Program-made: the position numbers and the translations under genes
From: a virus
Lineage: Duplodnaviria; Heunggongvirae; Uroviricota; Caudoviricetes
IMG/VR virus record: IMGVR_UViG_2974654489_000001
Coordinates: 1 to 44,851 of that record
Length of the DNA: 44,851 nucleotides
Strand: one strand, 5' to 3'
Notes under the pieces: generated by a model
What the model was told of the DNA's origin: nothing
The model's database searches: none
What the model saw: only the letters and a program-made list of their open reading frames with translations
Part shown: positions 35,103 to 43,133 of the stretch, in pieces
How the letters are laid out: each line of letters starts with the position of its first letter
Position numbering within the stretch: position 1 is the first letter of the stretch

Positions 35103-37364
35103 CTACTCCAAATCCTCCTCTGTCACTGTCAGCATTTCATTCGGTTCGTATATTGTCTTCGGAATCTTGTTATCGTTTATCCCCCACGGCAACCGGTACT
35201 GCTTAGGTATAGGCCTGTTGTTGTTATCCAGCCCCGAGACGATAACTCCCGCCTCGTGCATCTCTTCCAGTTTCTTTCGAAGGTCGTTATTAGCATTAAT
35301 CGGTACACCATAACTATCTTCTTTCGCCGCTTTGACGATAGCGGACATAGAAAACCCTCGCTTGTCGTCGCCCTGCTCCTGCAATTTACCCAATGCGTAA
35401 ATAACCGTAGCCTCTTTGGTGTCCAGTTTCTCGAACTGACCCACCTTTTCTTTAACGGCTTCCTTCTGTTCGTCGGTCATACCTTCTACTTTCTTCACGA
35501 AGACAGAGAAGGCGTTAAAGTTAACAAAGACATCAATATGTGGATTTCCTGTGTCAAAATCGCGTACATCGTCACTGCTGTACCCTTCCGGAAGGCCCAT
35601 GAAGTTGTGAGTTGGTTCTTTCTTTTCTGGTGGCTCTGCTATCTGAATCTTCTGTATTACGAATCCTCGGGCTTTCTGCCGTTCTCCGTTTCGGTTCTTT
35701 ATGTGATACAGGTTTATCTCTAAGTTATTGTCGTTGTCCGGCTTATGCAGGAACATCCCGTTATCGATGGAGTTGTGAAAATCACTACCACCCTTCGGCA
35801 TCATGCCGTTTTCAGACGGTACTGTTTCGTCTACGTTTTTAGTCGGGTGCACCATAGCGCCTACCGCTGCGTTAAGCATCGACGCTATTTCGTTAAGCGC
35901 CTGCGCAGCTTCTTTCATCGACCTGTTGTCGTTCTCGTCGAAGCCCGGTATGCAAGTTTGCAGGGTATCAAACGTAACCTTTACAATTTTCTCTTCACCG
36001 GCAACACGGCGCATCATTCTCACCGCCTGGCGGCGCCACGCCTCATCGAGTAAGTTACACCCATCCGCGACACAATCGATAATATGTAAGCGGTCGAGGC
36101 TATCGCCAAGTGCAATCTGTAGAGATTTTTTATGTCGCTCGAACGACTGTGCGCCTTCACCGGCGAAAATGAACGCATGTCCTTCTGCGACCTCTGCCCC
36201 GCCGAACGCATATCTTTTTTCGGCGGCTATAGCGGCGTCAATCGCCATACTAAATGTCGACTTACCGGTGTGCGACTTTGCACAAATGTAGAATGATTCG
36301 TTAGTCTGCATAAGGCCATCTACGACGGAGTACGCAGGTTCTTTTTCTACTTCCGGCTCGTCTTCAAGGTCTTCAAGCGTGCAAGTTACAGGCTCCTCGT
36401 TCTCTGTGCGGTGCAGTTCTTCAATCTCTTCATCCGGTAAATCAGGCAGAGCCGCACGAATGCTGTTAATACTAATAGGTTGTTTGTCTACGTTAAGCTC
36501 GTCAGGAAGGCCGCACATACGCAAGGCCAAATGTTGCCGACGGTTTAGCTCAGTGCAAGCGCCGTTGTTTGTGTGCTGACAGACAAAGCGCACTTCTTTA
36601 CCGTCAAGCATGATGCTGGTGGAGCCTTTACCAGTGTGCAGGTGCTCGTTAGGGCAGGGCACTTCGTACCCGCGCCCGGAAGATAAAGCGTCAAGGCCAA
36701 GCTCAGCTTCGCAGAAATGCGCTATATCTGCATTAAGCCCATGCTCATCGGCGGCAAGTGTCTTAGCTTCACGTTTACGCAACCCCATCTCTTCGGCTTT
36801 CTCGATGTACCGCTCGGCGCGGATAACACGCCCTTCTGTAACAGTTATCTTCGACTCTCTATGCGGCAGGTAGATAAGGCGGTTGCCGTCTTCTGTGCAG
36901 TGGTCGCGCAGCGATTCATCTATTTCTAACTCGGCACAAATAGCACGTTGCACCATCCACGCGTCGTTAGAGTTAAACGGCGTGCGGGCCGGTACGAGAA
37001 CGCGGAAAGCGTAGTCACCGTTTTTACACGCGTGCTGGTGCGACGCCGTTGTGTGTAGAATATTGAAGAACGGCGCGTTCTTGAATTTGCGTGTCAGGTC
37101 GCGGTACTGAGTACGGTTGAGATGGTCAAAGTCGAACTTAACCACACTGTCTTCCAGAATCGCGTTTTTACGGCGACCGCCAACAGGTGCGATAGCCTTC
37201 TGCTTAATCTTGGCGGCGTCGTACTCTTCCTTAGTCCATGACGGGTCTACTGACAGGCGCTTCGATGTATCGCAGACATACTCGACAAACTGCTCCAGCG
37301 GCATTTCACGAGCTACAGGGTTTTTATCGAATGTGTTACGCAGTGTTGCAAAAACAATATTCAT
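35103..37364 (-). CDS. DNA primase / primase-helicase with P-loop NTPase domain
   Basis: 753 aa; Walker A SHTGKST; Cys/His cluster CPNEHLHTGKGS...C; large replication protein next to helicase and polymerase. Confidence 0.65.
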   Translation of the reverse strand: MNIVFATLRNTFDKNPVAREMPLEQFVEYVCDTSKRLSVDPSWTKEEYDAAKIKQKAIAPVGGRRKNAILEDSVVKFDFDHLNRTQYRDLTRKFKNAPFFNILHTTASHQHACKNGDYAFRVLVPARTPFNSNDAWMVQRAICAELEIDESLRDHCTEDGNRLIYLPHRESKITVTEGRVIRAERYIEKAEEMGLRKREAKTLAADEHGLNADIAHFCEAELGLDALSSGRGYEVPCPNEHLHTGKGSTSIMLDGKEVRFVCQHTNNGACTELNRRQHLALRMCGLPDELNVDKQPISINSIRAALPDLPDEEIEELHRTENEEPVTCTLEDLEDEPEVEKEPAYSVVDGLMQTNESFYICAKSHTGKSTFSMAIDAAIAAEKRYAFGGAEVAEGHAFIFAGEGAQSFERHKKSLQIALGDSLDRLHIIDCVADGCNLLDEAWRRQAVRMMRRVAGEEKIVKVTFDTLQTCIPGFDENDNRSMKEAAQALNEIASMLNAAVGAMVHPTKNVDETVPSENGMMPKGGSDFHNSIDNGMFLHKPDNDNNLEINLYHIKNRNGERQKARGFVIQKIQIAEPPEKKEPTHNFMGLPEGYSSDDVRDFDTGNPHIDVFVNFNAFSVFVKKVEGMTDEQKEAVKEKVGQFEKLDTKEATVIYALGKLQEQGDDKRGFSMSAIVKAAKEDSYGVPINANNDLRKKLEEMHEAGVIVSGLDNNNRPIPKQYRLPWGINDNKIPKTIYEPNEMLTVTEEDLE

Positions 37365-37489
37365 TTCTTTTTCTCCGCACGTTCTAAGGCTTCCTGCATA
37401 CGGCGCATTGCGCGGTTCATCTTTACCGGTGCGAAGAAATCAGCGCCGTGTTTCTGGCGGCGCAGCTGTGGAACTATTAACTTCGTCAT
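37361..37489 (-). CDS. Small basic protein (42 aa)
   Basis: ATGA overlap with primase start; AAGGA RBS. Confidence 0.3.
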   Translation of the reverse strand: MTKLIVPQLRRQKHGADFFAPVKMNRAMRRMQEALERAEKKK

Positions 37490-37518
37490 TGTATAATCCT
37501 TGTGCTTACTTTGATGGT

Positions 37519-37556
37519 TTGTACTTTAGCCCCGACGTTCTGGCGTTGGGGTTTCT
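37519..37556 (+). other. Hairpin followed by T-rich tract on the plus strand within a minus-strand operon
   Basis: CCCCGACG...CGTTGGGG stem then TTTCTTTTATTT; may terminate antisense transcription. Confidence 0.3.
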
Positions 37557-37557
37557 T

Positions 37558-37770
37558 TTATTTACAGCCGGAAAACCACGCGTGCACGGAATCATAGAAA
37601 CGACATTTACTTAACACCTCGATTGGCATCTTAATAATGCGCGTCGGTTCCGACAAATGATTAGGCTTACATATTTCTGCATAGAATCCGCTGTCAGTAA
37701 TTTCCGATGCAAACTTAAACCAGTATTTAACTTTACCGTTTTCAAAGTAACAACCCATACGCCCAATCAT
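37558..37770 (-). CDS. Hypothetical protein
   Basis: 70 aa; AGGAGA RBS. Confidence 0.5.
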   Translation of the reverse strand: MIGRMGCYFENGKVKYWFKFASEITDSGFYAEICKPNHLSEPTRIIKMPIEVLSKCRFYDSVHAWFSGCK

Positions 37771-37949
37771 TTCACGTTCTCCTTAATCCACGCTTCAACT
37801 TTATTACGGTCAAATGTTCCCGGTAAACGTCGACCCATAACCTTAATACAACAATCCGGGAATTTACCACTGCGTAACCAGTTATTAATTGTCTGACGTG
37901 TCACCCCGATACGTTCAGCTACTTCATTCTGTGTCATGTAATGCGGCAT
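37767..37949 (-). CDS. HTH DNA-binding protein (AlpA/excisionase-like fold)
   Basis: 60 aa from ATG 37949 with AGGAGA RBS (track ORF extends to 38018); MTQNEVAERIGVTRQTINNWLRSGKFP. Confidence 0.55.
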   Translation of the reverse strand: MPHYMTQNEVAERIGVTRQTINNWLRSGKFPDCCIKVMGRRLPGTFDRNKVEAWIKENVK

Positions 37950-37971
37950 TTTTATATCTCCTGTTTGTTTA

Positions 37972-38000
37972 GTGAAAGCGAGTATAGGATAGCGGGAATG
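37972..38000 (-). promoter_or_regulatory. Leftward sigma70-like promoter (TTGCTT-17 bp-TATACT)
   Basis: Read on minus strand upstream of the HTH gene; coordinates approximate. Confidence 0.4.
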
Positions 38001-38055
38001 TAAAAGCAACCAAAACACTACACAAAGTTACTAAGATACAAAAGATGCTACTGGT

Positions 38056-38084
38056 GTTGACTTTTACTAAGAAATATGGTAAGC
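38056..38084 (+). promoter_or_regulatory. Sigma70-like promoter (TTGACT-17 bp-TAAGCT), paralog of the promoter at 6136-6164
   Basis: Identical hexamers and spacing. Confidence 0.5.
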
Positions 38085-38305
38085 TCAGCCTGAGCTTGTG
38101 AAGTATGAACAAGCGACCGCGGCGCGCGGCAGGCGAAACGAGCACGTGTAGCGTGTGGAGTGAGGCTCGCTAGCGCGTTTGGGAGGCCCAAAGTCTATTG
38201 TAATTCCCGCCTAAATATCTAAGTTACTGATTTGCCGTAGGATAGAACCGCAAGCTCACTCACTCACTCTTGGTGCCTTCGGCACCACGTTCGTTTCGTT
38301 TCGCT
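38085..38305 (+). ncRNA. Candidate leader RNA or small RNA (copy 2 of paralogous element)
   Basis: First 70 nt near-identical to 6165-6235; contains CACT x3 and CGTTT x2 repeats and GGTGCC-TTCG-GCACC hairpin followed by U-rich run. Confidence 0.4.
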
Positions 38306-38347
38306 CGCCACCCCCATTAAACGAAAGAATCACAACGGCAACGTAAC

Positions 38348-38387
38348 TAATCTCTTGCACACCCCGACATAATAGGATACTATTCAC
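38348..38387 (+). promoter_or_regulatory. Promoter cassette CTTGCAC-N7-CATAAT-AGGATACTATTCAC with AATAG-GATA-CTATT (38371-38384)
   Basis: Near-identical to the cassette at 15980-16016 in opposite orientation. Confidence 0.5.
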
Positions 38388-38417
38388 TTATCGCAACGAG
38401 ACAGAGGAGTGAGGGTT

Positions 38418-38606
38418 ATGTTTAAGAAGGGTCAGTTGGTGAAATCGGTAAATAGCAATTATTTCATTATTGAAAGCGAGTCTGCAGTTTTTCCGGGGGC
38501 TTATAGAGTAAGTTTTATCGGGGAAAAATTAGGCCGAGTAACTTGGTTCCGAGAAGACGAGCTAACACTCATCGGCAACAATTTTAAATTCAAAGGGGCG
38601 AAGTGA
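38418..38606 (+). CDS. Hypothetical protein
   Basis: ATG 38418 after GAGGAGTGAGGG RBS. Confidence 0.55.
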   Translation: MFKKGQLVKSVNSNYFIIESESAVFPGAYRVSFIGEKLGRVTWFREDELTLIGNNFKFKGAK

Positions 38607-38845
38607 TGGAAGAATTAATTTGCGTGAAAAGTAAATTATCGGAGTTTAAGCCAGGGGGTTTATATAGCAGTTATTCAACATCTGATTACGATTATGTTAT
38701 TGATGAAACAGGAGGCGAATGGGTAGTTGACCAGTTCGGAGATGATGAGTTCGGTATATTCGATGGTGGATTGAAAGCCTCATTCACAACGGCATCGAAT
38801 CATGATGCCCGTGCCGACGACTCTGAGGGAGGTTGCCGTGGATAA
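38603..38845 (+). CDS. Hypothetical acidic protein
   Basis: 80 aa, overlapping start and stop. Confidence 0.5.
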   Translation: MMEELICVKSKLSEFKPGGLYSSYSTSDYDYVIDETGGEWVVDQFGDDEFGIFDGGLKASFTTASNHDARADDSEGGCRG

Positions 38846-38905
38846 TTACCCGTTTATTTTGTTCGTCAGCGCCGTTTATGTGGTGCACGCGTTATGGGGG
38901 TTGGT

Positions 38906-39097
38906 ATGAGGATTCGAATAATCGACGTTGATTATGTTCTTCCGCCGGGTTATGGCGACCATTCACTGCGCTACTTTGGTGTCTCCGTCGGAGATGAGTT
39001 CGAGGCTATAACTTATAACGATTACGGGTGTGCCGTTGAGCATTGCGGGGAAGAACTGTACGTGCGTCGACGTGAATATGTGATTCTGGAGGACTGA
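38906..39097 (+). CDS. Hypothetical protein
   Basis: ATG 38906 after GGGGG RBS (track starts 38894). Confidence 0.45.
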   Translation: MRIRIIDVDYVLPPGYGDHSLRYFGVSVGDEFEAITYNDYGCAVEHCGEELYVRRREYVILED

Positions 39098-39100
39098 GTT

Positions 39101-39244
39101 ATGAGAGAAGCATTTGAACGCTGGGCCGTCGTCGAGGGTCTGCCGATTAACAAGGGTTCGAAGAAAGAGTACCTGAACGTTAAGACGCGTCTTGCGTGGC
39201 GGGCGTGGAAAGCGGGTGCGCAAGCTGTGATGAATAAGGGGTGA
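39101..39244 (+). CDS. Hypothetical small protein (47 aa)
   Basis: GGAGG RBS; below ORF track cutoff. Confidence 0.4.
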   Translation: MREAFERWAVVEGLPINKGSKKEYLNVKTRLAWRAWKAGAQAVMNKG

Positions 39245-39247
39245 TTT

Positions 39248-39445
39248 ATGGGCCAGTGGATTAAGTGTAGTGAGCGGATGCCAGGTGATTTTGAAGATGT
39301 GCTGGTTTCAGATGGGGTTAACGTTGAGGTGATGTGGCGGGACTGCGACGGTTTCTGGGATTCTTGGGCGCCACGTAACTCAAACATCGATACCGACGAT
39401 GTAACCCATTGGGCGCCGTTACCCGAGCCGCCATCGCTGGTGTAA
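39248..39445 (+). CDS. Hypothetical protein
   Basis: 65 aa, RBS AAGGGG. Confidence 0.5.
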   Translation: MGQWIKCSERMPGDFEDVLVSDGVNVEVMWRDCDGFWDSWAPRNSNIDTDDVTHWAPLPEPPSLV

Positions 39446-39477
39446 CAGGTGGTGTAACAGGTCAATAGGTTACTATT
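39437..39477 (+). repeat. Tandem direct repeat (GGTGTAACAG x2) followed by inverted repeat AATAG-GTTA-CTATT
   Basis: Read directly; overlaps the stop codon of the upstream gene. Confidence 0.5.
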
Positions 39478-39490
39478 TGGCTTTGTGACT

Positions 39491-39529
39491 TACGCTGCTA
39501 CACAGCAGCGTATCATTTTTCTCATTTTT
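39491..39529 (+). terminator. Intrinsic terminator (TACGCTGCT-ACAC-AGCAGCGTA + T tracts)
   Basis: Perfect 9-bp stem followed by TCATTTTTCTCATTTTT. Confidence 0.7.
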
Positions 39530-39582
39530 GTTCTATTTCACCAAACGCAACAATCGAAGCGACTATTGCAGGAGATGCAACA

Positions 39583-39813
39583 ATGAAACTAACGAAACGA
39601 CAGGCAGAGACCCTACAGGAAATAGCAAACGGCAGAACTATGCTCAGGGGCAGGTTCGACCGTTACTGGTGGCAAGATTCTGATGAGCTATGCACTATGG
39701 TCGCCAGACGCCTCCGTAGCAAAGGGCTTATTAGAACTGTGTATCTCAGCGCCACTCGTGATGTGGTTCAGATAACTGTAGCGGGTGAAAGCGAGTTACT
39801 AAAACACCAATAA
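39583..39813 (+). CDS. Hypothetical protein
   Basis: 76 aa; RBS GCAGGAG. Confidence 0.55.
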   Translation: MKLTKRQAETLQEIANGRTMLRGRFDRYWWQDSDELCTMVARRLRSKGLIRTVYLSATRDVVQITVAGESELLKHQ

Positions 39814-39820
39814 AATTTAC

Positions 39821-39860
39821 TTGCACACTGGTATAGAATAGGCTACTATTCATTTACACA
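39821..39860 (+). promoter_or_regulatory. Promoter cassette CTTGCAC-N7-TAGAAT-AGGCTACTATTCAT with AATAG-GCTA-CTATT (39837-39850)
   Basis: Same architecture and conserved leader CAAACGAGAGGAGAGA as other cassettes. Confidence 0.5.
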
Positions 39861-39880
39861 AACGAGAGGAGAGACAGAAG

Positions 39881-40057
39881 ATGTTTTATTACAAAGACGC
39901 TACCGTGGAAGAGATGAAAAATGCGCATGAAGCCCTGGGTTTTCCGTTAGTGTGTGACGGGGATGCAAAAATCGTTTGGGTAGACGATTCTATCTGGCTA
40001 GGACCTATTTTAGACAGAGCATCTAATGCTTATTCTAAGGAGTTAGAAGATGAGTAA
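39881..40057 (+). CDS. Hypothetical small protein (58 aa)
   Basis: Strong RBS GAGAGGAGAGA; below ORF track cutoff. Confidence 0.45.
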   Translation: MFYYKDATVEEMKNAHEALGFPLVCDGDAKIVWVDDSIWLGPILDRASNAYSKELEDE

Positions 40058-40601
40058 CAAACACGAAGTATTCGAGTACCTGATTGACCAACTACGGCAG
40101 CAGGTAAATAACAACCAGTGCGAAGACCTGGCGCATGAGGTGCTGTCACTCAAGAATCAGTTACGTGACGCGTCGGCGCTGGTGGCTGAGTTACAGGGCG
40201 ACAACATTAAGAAATCTGAGCACATATCGCACCTGACAGGGCGAGTTAAGGAGTTACATATGGCATTGGCTGCCGCTGCCGGTGACGTGGAGGCGTACAA
40301 ACTTATCCGCGGACAGGAGCAATCTGGTTGTCGCAAAGAAGACGCTCAGGAATGCAAACACGATTGGTACTTTTACGATAAAGGTGCGTCGATGGCGTGC
40401 AAGAAATGCGGGTTAAAGAGCCCTGGCCGTCAAAAAGAAGATGCGCAGGAATGCTACCATAACTGGCAATTCGTTAATGGTAAGGCTCCTGCCGTATGTG
40501 TTAATTGCGGCGTGACTAAATCAAGCGAGTGTGAGCACGATTGGGAATATTATTACCCCAACGGGAGGCGTTGTACCAAATGCGGGCTGGTAAACTTATG
40601 A
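40050..40601 (+). CDS. Coiled-coil protein with three tandem zinc-ribbon-like repeats
   Basis: Three repeats of (E/Q)EC-x-H-x-W...C-x-x-CG (QECKHDW..CKKCG; QECYHNW..CVNCG; SECEHDW..CTKCG), also visible as nucleotide repeats. Confidence 0.6.
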   Translation: MSNKHEVFEYLIDQLRQQVNNNQCEDLAHEVLSLKNQLRDASALVAELQGDNIKKSEHISHLTGRVKELHMALAAAAGDVEAYKLIRGQEQSGCRKEDAQECKHDWYFYDKGASMACKKCGLKSPGRQKEDAQECYHNWQFVNGKAPAVCVNCGVTKSSECEHDWEYYYPNGRRCTKCGLVNL

Positions 40602-40801
40602 CCAGCATCTTATTCATCTGGGTACTGTCCGCGGGCCATATGCACCTGACGGCAACAGAAACGTTTTACTCGATGGAGGCGTGCCAGTCCGCAGCACGCG
40701 CCGCAGAGAACGCACACTTCTTGTTCCATGGCGACAAGCCCAACGATTCAGAGGTACGTGCTATCTGCTCACCCAAGCGACTTGGTAAACAGGAGAGATA
40801 A
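40598..40801 (+). CDS. Small membrane protein
   Basis: ATGA overlap; N-terminal hydrophobic segment SILFIWVLSAG. Confidence 0.45.
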   Translation: MTSILFIWVLSAGHMHLTATETFYSMEACQSAARAAENAHFLFHGDKPNDSEVRAICSPKRLGKQER

Positions 40802-40803
40802 TT

Positions 40804-40983
40804 ATGGTACAGAGATACGAAAACGACCACGGGGATATGTTTCAGGTCACGGAAGGGCGCTGGGTGCTATACGAAGATTACGCGAAACTTGAAGCAGAGT
40901 TACAGAAATACAAAGACCAGTTCCATGATTACGTCGAGTGCGCGAACTGCGGGTCAGTTACACATGTGGAGGGGGTGGAGTGA
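40804..40983 (+). CDS. Hypothetical protein (59 aa)
   Basis: RBS AGGAGA; C-terminal CANCG. Confidence 0.45.
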   Translation: MVQRYENDHGDMFQVTEGRWVLYEDYAKLEAELQKYKDQFHDYVECANCGSVTHVEGVE

Positions 40984-41045
40984 TGGGTTTGATAATTGTG
41001 CTATCCGTACTGAGCGTATGTATGTTTCTTATGGCATGTATGTAA

Positions 41046-41339
41046 ATGAGCCTGGCAACTGACATCCTGAAGCGAAGCGGCCTTGCGCCGCTGTCACCGA
41101 GAGCGAACACCCAGATATACAAGCGACGCCGTAATGCGCTGTACCCAGAGATTCAGGCCAGACGCAAAGCTGTCCGCGCCTGTGGATTCCAGAACGGGAA
41201 GGCCGTGAATCTCGGTGAGTTTAAAACACATGAACGCGCGGCTATCGCTAATCGGTTATTTAATTACTGGAAATCGCTGGGATACGAGGATATTCCGACG
41301 AAACCGCAGAGGCGACAATACATCTGGAGGCACAAATGA
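41046..41339 (+). CDS. Hypothetical basic protein
   Basis: 97 aa. Confidence 0.5.
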   Translation: MSLATDILKRSGLAPLSPRANTQIYKRRRNALYPEIQARRKAVRACGFQNGKAVNLGEFKTHERAAIANRLFNYWKSLGYEDIPTKPQRRQYIWRHK

Positions 41340-41776
41340 CGACTATCGCGTTTGACGGAAAGACAATGGCTTGTGACACGCGTGTTGTGTGTGGGAGTAA
41401 CTGCTACAACACTGACACAAAGATATACGAGAACGAATTTGTTGTTATTGGGGTGGCTGGTGACGCTGGGGTTGGAATCCTTTTAGTGAAGGACGATAGT
41501 ATTTTAGTGCCTAAGCATTATGATTTTGATTTCTCTGCCCTGGTGTGGGTTAAAGACATAGAAACGCTGTGTAAGGTGGAGTTCTATAAATCGTGGGATT
41601 GTGCGCTAAGTTCAGTTATTCCGATTGCGGACAGCTTTGCCGCCGTTGGTTCCGGTGCGCCTTATGCCCTAGCGGCTATGGAATGTGAGTATTCGGCACA
41701 TGGTGGCGTAGCCGTCGCTTCAAAGTTTGACCCTAACACCGGCGGCAAGATTATTACCAAACAACTATTAGGATAA
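41336..41776 (+). CDS. HslV / proteasome beta-subunit-like Ntn hydrolase
   Basis: N-terminal MTTIAF (Thr nucleophile after Met), VIGVAGDAGVG and AAVGSGAPYALAAM motifs parallel HslV. Confidence 0.55.
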   Translation: MTTIAFDGKTMACDTRVVCGSNCYNTDTKIYENEFVVIGVAGDAGVGILLVKDDSILVPKHYDFDFSALVWVKDIETLCKVEFYKSWDCALSSVIPIADSFAAVGSGAPYALAAMECEYSAHGGVAVASKFDPNTGGKIITKQLLG

Positions 41777-41790
41777 TTCCTACCCGTGCT

Positions 41791-41830
41791 ATCCTCCAGT
41801 TACTGCATACTTAATACGCACCTGGAGGAT
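41791..41830 (+). promoter_or_regulatory. Hairpin (ATCCTCCAG ... CTGGAGGAT) pairing the holin RBS
   Basis: 9-bp inverted repeat with about 22-nt loop; 3-prime arm contains the GGAGGA RBS of the TTG-start holin gene. Confidence 0.4.
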
Positions 41831-41835
41831 TAATC

Positions 41836-42144
41836 TTGGATAAATTTACTGAAACAGTGACAGGCTGGCTTCTGGCTGCCGCGCTAGCCGGAGGGGTAAT
41901 CGGACTGCGGCAACATAAGTCCGCTATTTCCGGCCCTATCGACGGATTCTGCTTTATCGCAACTGGCTTCACTTGCGCTGTATTTGGCGCACCTCTTGCC
42001 GCTCAATGGTTTGGAATCACGGGCGACCGTGAAATCGCTGGCCTGGGCTTCATCATCGCCGTCCTCTGGATGCCCATCTATTCCCGCCTCTCCGGTATCG
42101 TCGCCGGAGAATACATCTCACGTCGAGGAGGCCCGGATGAATGA
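41836..42144 (+). CDS. Putative holin
   Basis: 102 aa with 2-3 predicted TM helices, directly upstream of endolysin; TTG start. Confidence 0.55.
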   Translation: MDKFTETVTGWLLAAALAGGVIGLRQHKSAISGPIDGFCFIATGFTCAVFGAPLAAQWFGITGDREIAGLGFIIAVLWMPIYSRLSGIVAGEYISRRGGPDE

Positions 42145-42409
42145 GCTATTCTGGTTCGGCGGTATGCTGGCAATCGGAGGCACATCGCTGTTTAATGTGT
42201 ATCATCCCAGCGTGGATGACGGGCTATTTGGCAGGGTGCTCTATATCCTGACTGCTATCGTCTGCGCCGCCGGGTGTATCCACCTGTTACAGGGCAGCAT
42301 GTCACCAACGCTGCCAGAAACATTAATCACATTAGTTGCGCTGCGTCAGATTCGTCAGGCGTGGCTGTCATACGGAGGACATAAGCGTGTCTCGAAATAT
42401 TTCAGATAA
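42137..42409 (+). CDS. Second small membrane protein (holin or antiholin partner)
   Basis: 90 aa from ATG 42137 overlapping holin end; two hydrophobic segments. Confidence 0.45.
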   Translation: MNELFWFGGMLAIGGTSLFNVYHPSVDDGLFGRVLYILTAIVCAAGCIHLLQGSMSPTLPETLITLVALRQIRQAWLSYGGHKRVSKYFR

Positions 42410-42875
42410 TGGATTGCATTTTACCGCCGCGTGGGAGACTTTCTGCGGAACTGCGTATCGTGCTACATCGAACGAGAAGTACCTTACCATAGGCTACGGC
42501 CATTACGGGCCGGACGTAACCCCGGGTAAGACCATCACACCGGGTCAAGGCCTCCTGTTACTGAACCGCGACATGGCTAAGGCCGTAGCCGCGGTTGACG
42601 CAGCAGCACACCACTCCCTGACACAGGCACAGTTCGACGCTGTGTGTGACCTGGTTTATAACGCAGGTGCTGGTGTGATTGCGGCTACTACTGGCACAGG
42701 TAAGGCGCTGCGTTCCGGTGATATTGCGACGCTGCGGGCTAAGCTGGCGCTGTTCATTAACCAGAACGGCAAACCGTTACTCGGCCTTCGTCGCCGTACC
42801 GCAGGACGTCTGGCGCTGTTCGACGGTAAGCCGTGGCAGGAGGCGGAGGCTATTGGGCGCGCGGTGAAAGGTTGA
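42387..42875 (+). CDS. Endolysin, phage lysozyme (GH24, T4 lysozyme-like)
   Basis: E...D...T region with KYLTIGYGH matching the T4-lysozyme YTIGIGH signature; GTG 42387 after GGAGG RBS. Confidence 0.75.
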   Translation: MSRNISDNGLHFTAAWETFCGTAYRATSNEKYLTIGYGHYGPDVTPGKTITPGQGLLLLNRDMAKAVAAVDAAAHHSLTQAQFDAVCDLVYNAGAGVIAATTGTGKALRSGDIATLRAKLALFINQNGKPLLGLRRRTAGRLALFDGKPWQEAEAIGRAVKG

Positions 42876-42939
42876 CACCTGAGACCAATCCTACGATACT
42901 TAAATCACTCCTTGCTTCATCCCTCTGCTCTCCAGTTTC

Positions 42940-42972
42940 ATCCCGGCCCTGACCCAGCCGGGATTTTTTTTA
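42940..42972 (+). terminator. Strong intrinsic terminator (TCCCGGC-loop-GCCGGGA + T8)
   Basis: 7-bp GC stem followed by TTTTTTTT after endolysin. Confidence 0.8.
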
Positions 42973-42993
42973 TCTATTTTCTGCCATGACTAG

Positions 42994-43025
42994 TTGACTA
43001 TTACCTACGACCCTATTATATTTAC
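42994..43025 (+). promoter_or_regulatory. Sigma70-like promoter (TTGACT-17 bp-TATATT) containing the CCCTATTATATT motif
   Basis: Read directly downstream of the terminator; coordinates approximate. Confidence 0.4.
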
Positions 43026-43055
43026 TCCATCGACAACTAGAACGGAGTAGAGAAG

Positions 43056-43133
43056 ATGAGTAACTTCCATAACGAACATGTGATGCAGTTCTACCGCAAT
43101 AATCTGAAAACTAAAGGGGTGTTTGGAAAATGA
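43056..43133 (+). CDS. Micro-ORF (25 aa)
   Basis: RBS GGAGTAGAGAAG; ATGA-coupled to next ORF. Confidence 0.3.
   Translation: MSNFHNEHVMQFYRNNLKTKGVFGK

Noticed and set aside
35256-36291. Several plus-strand ORFs of 76-162 aa
   Set aside because: All lie antisense within the primase gene and have no RBS or promoter context
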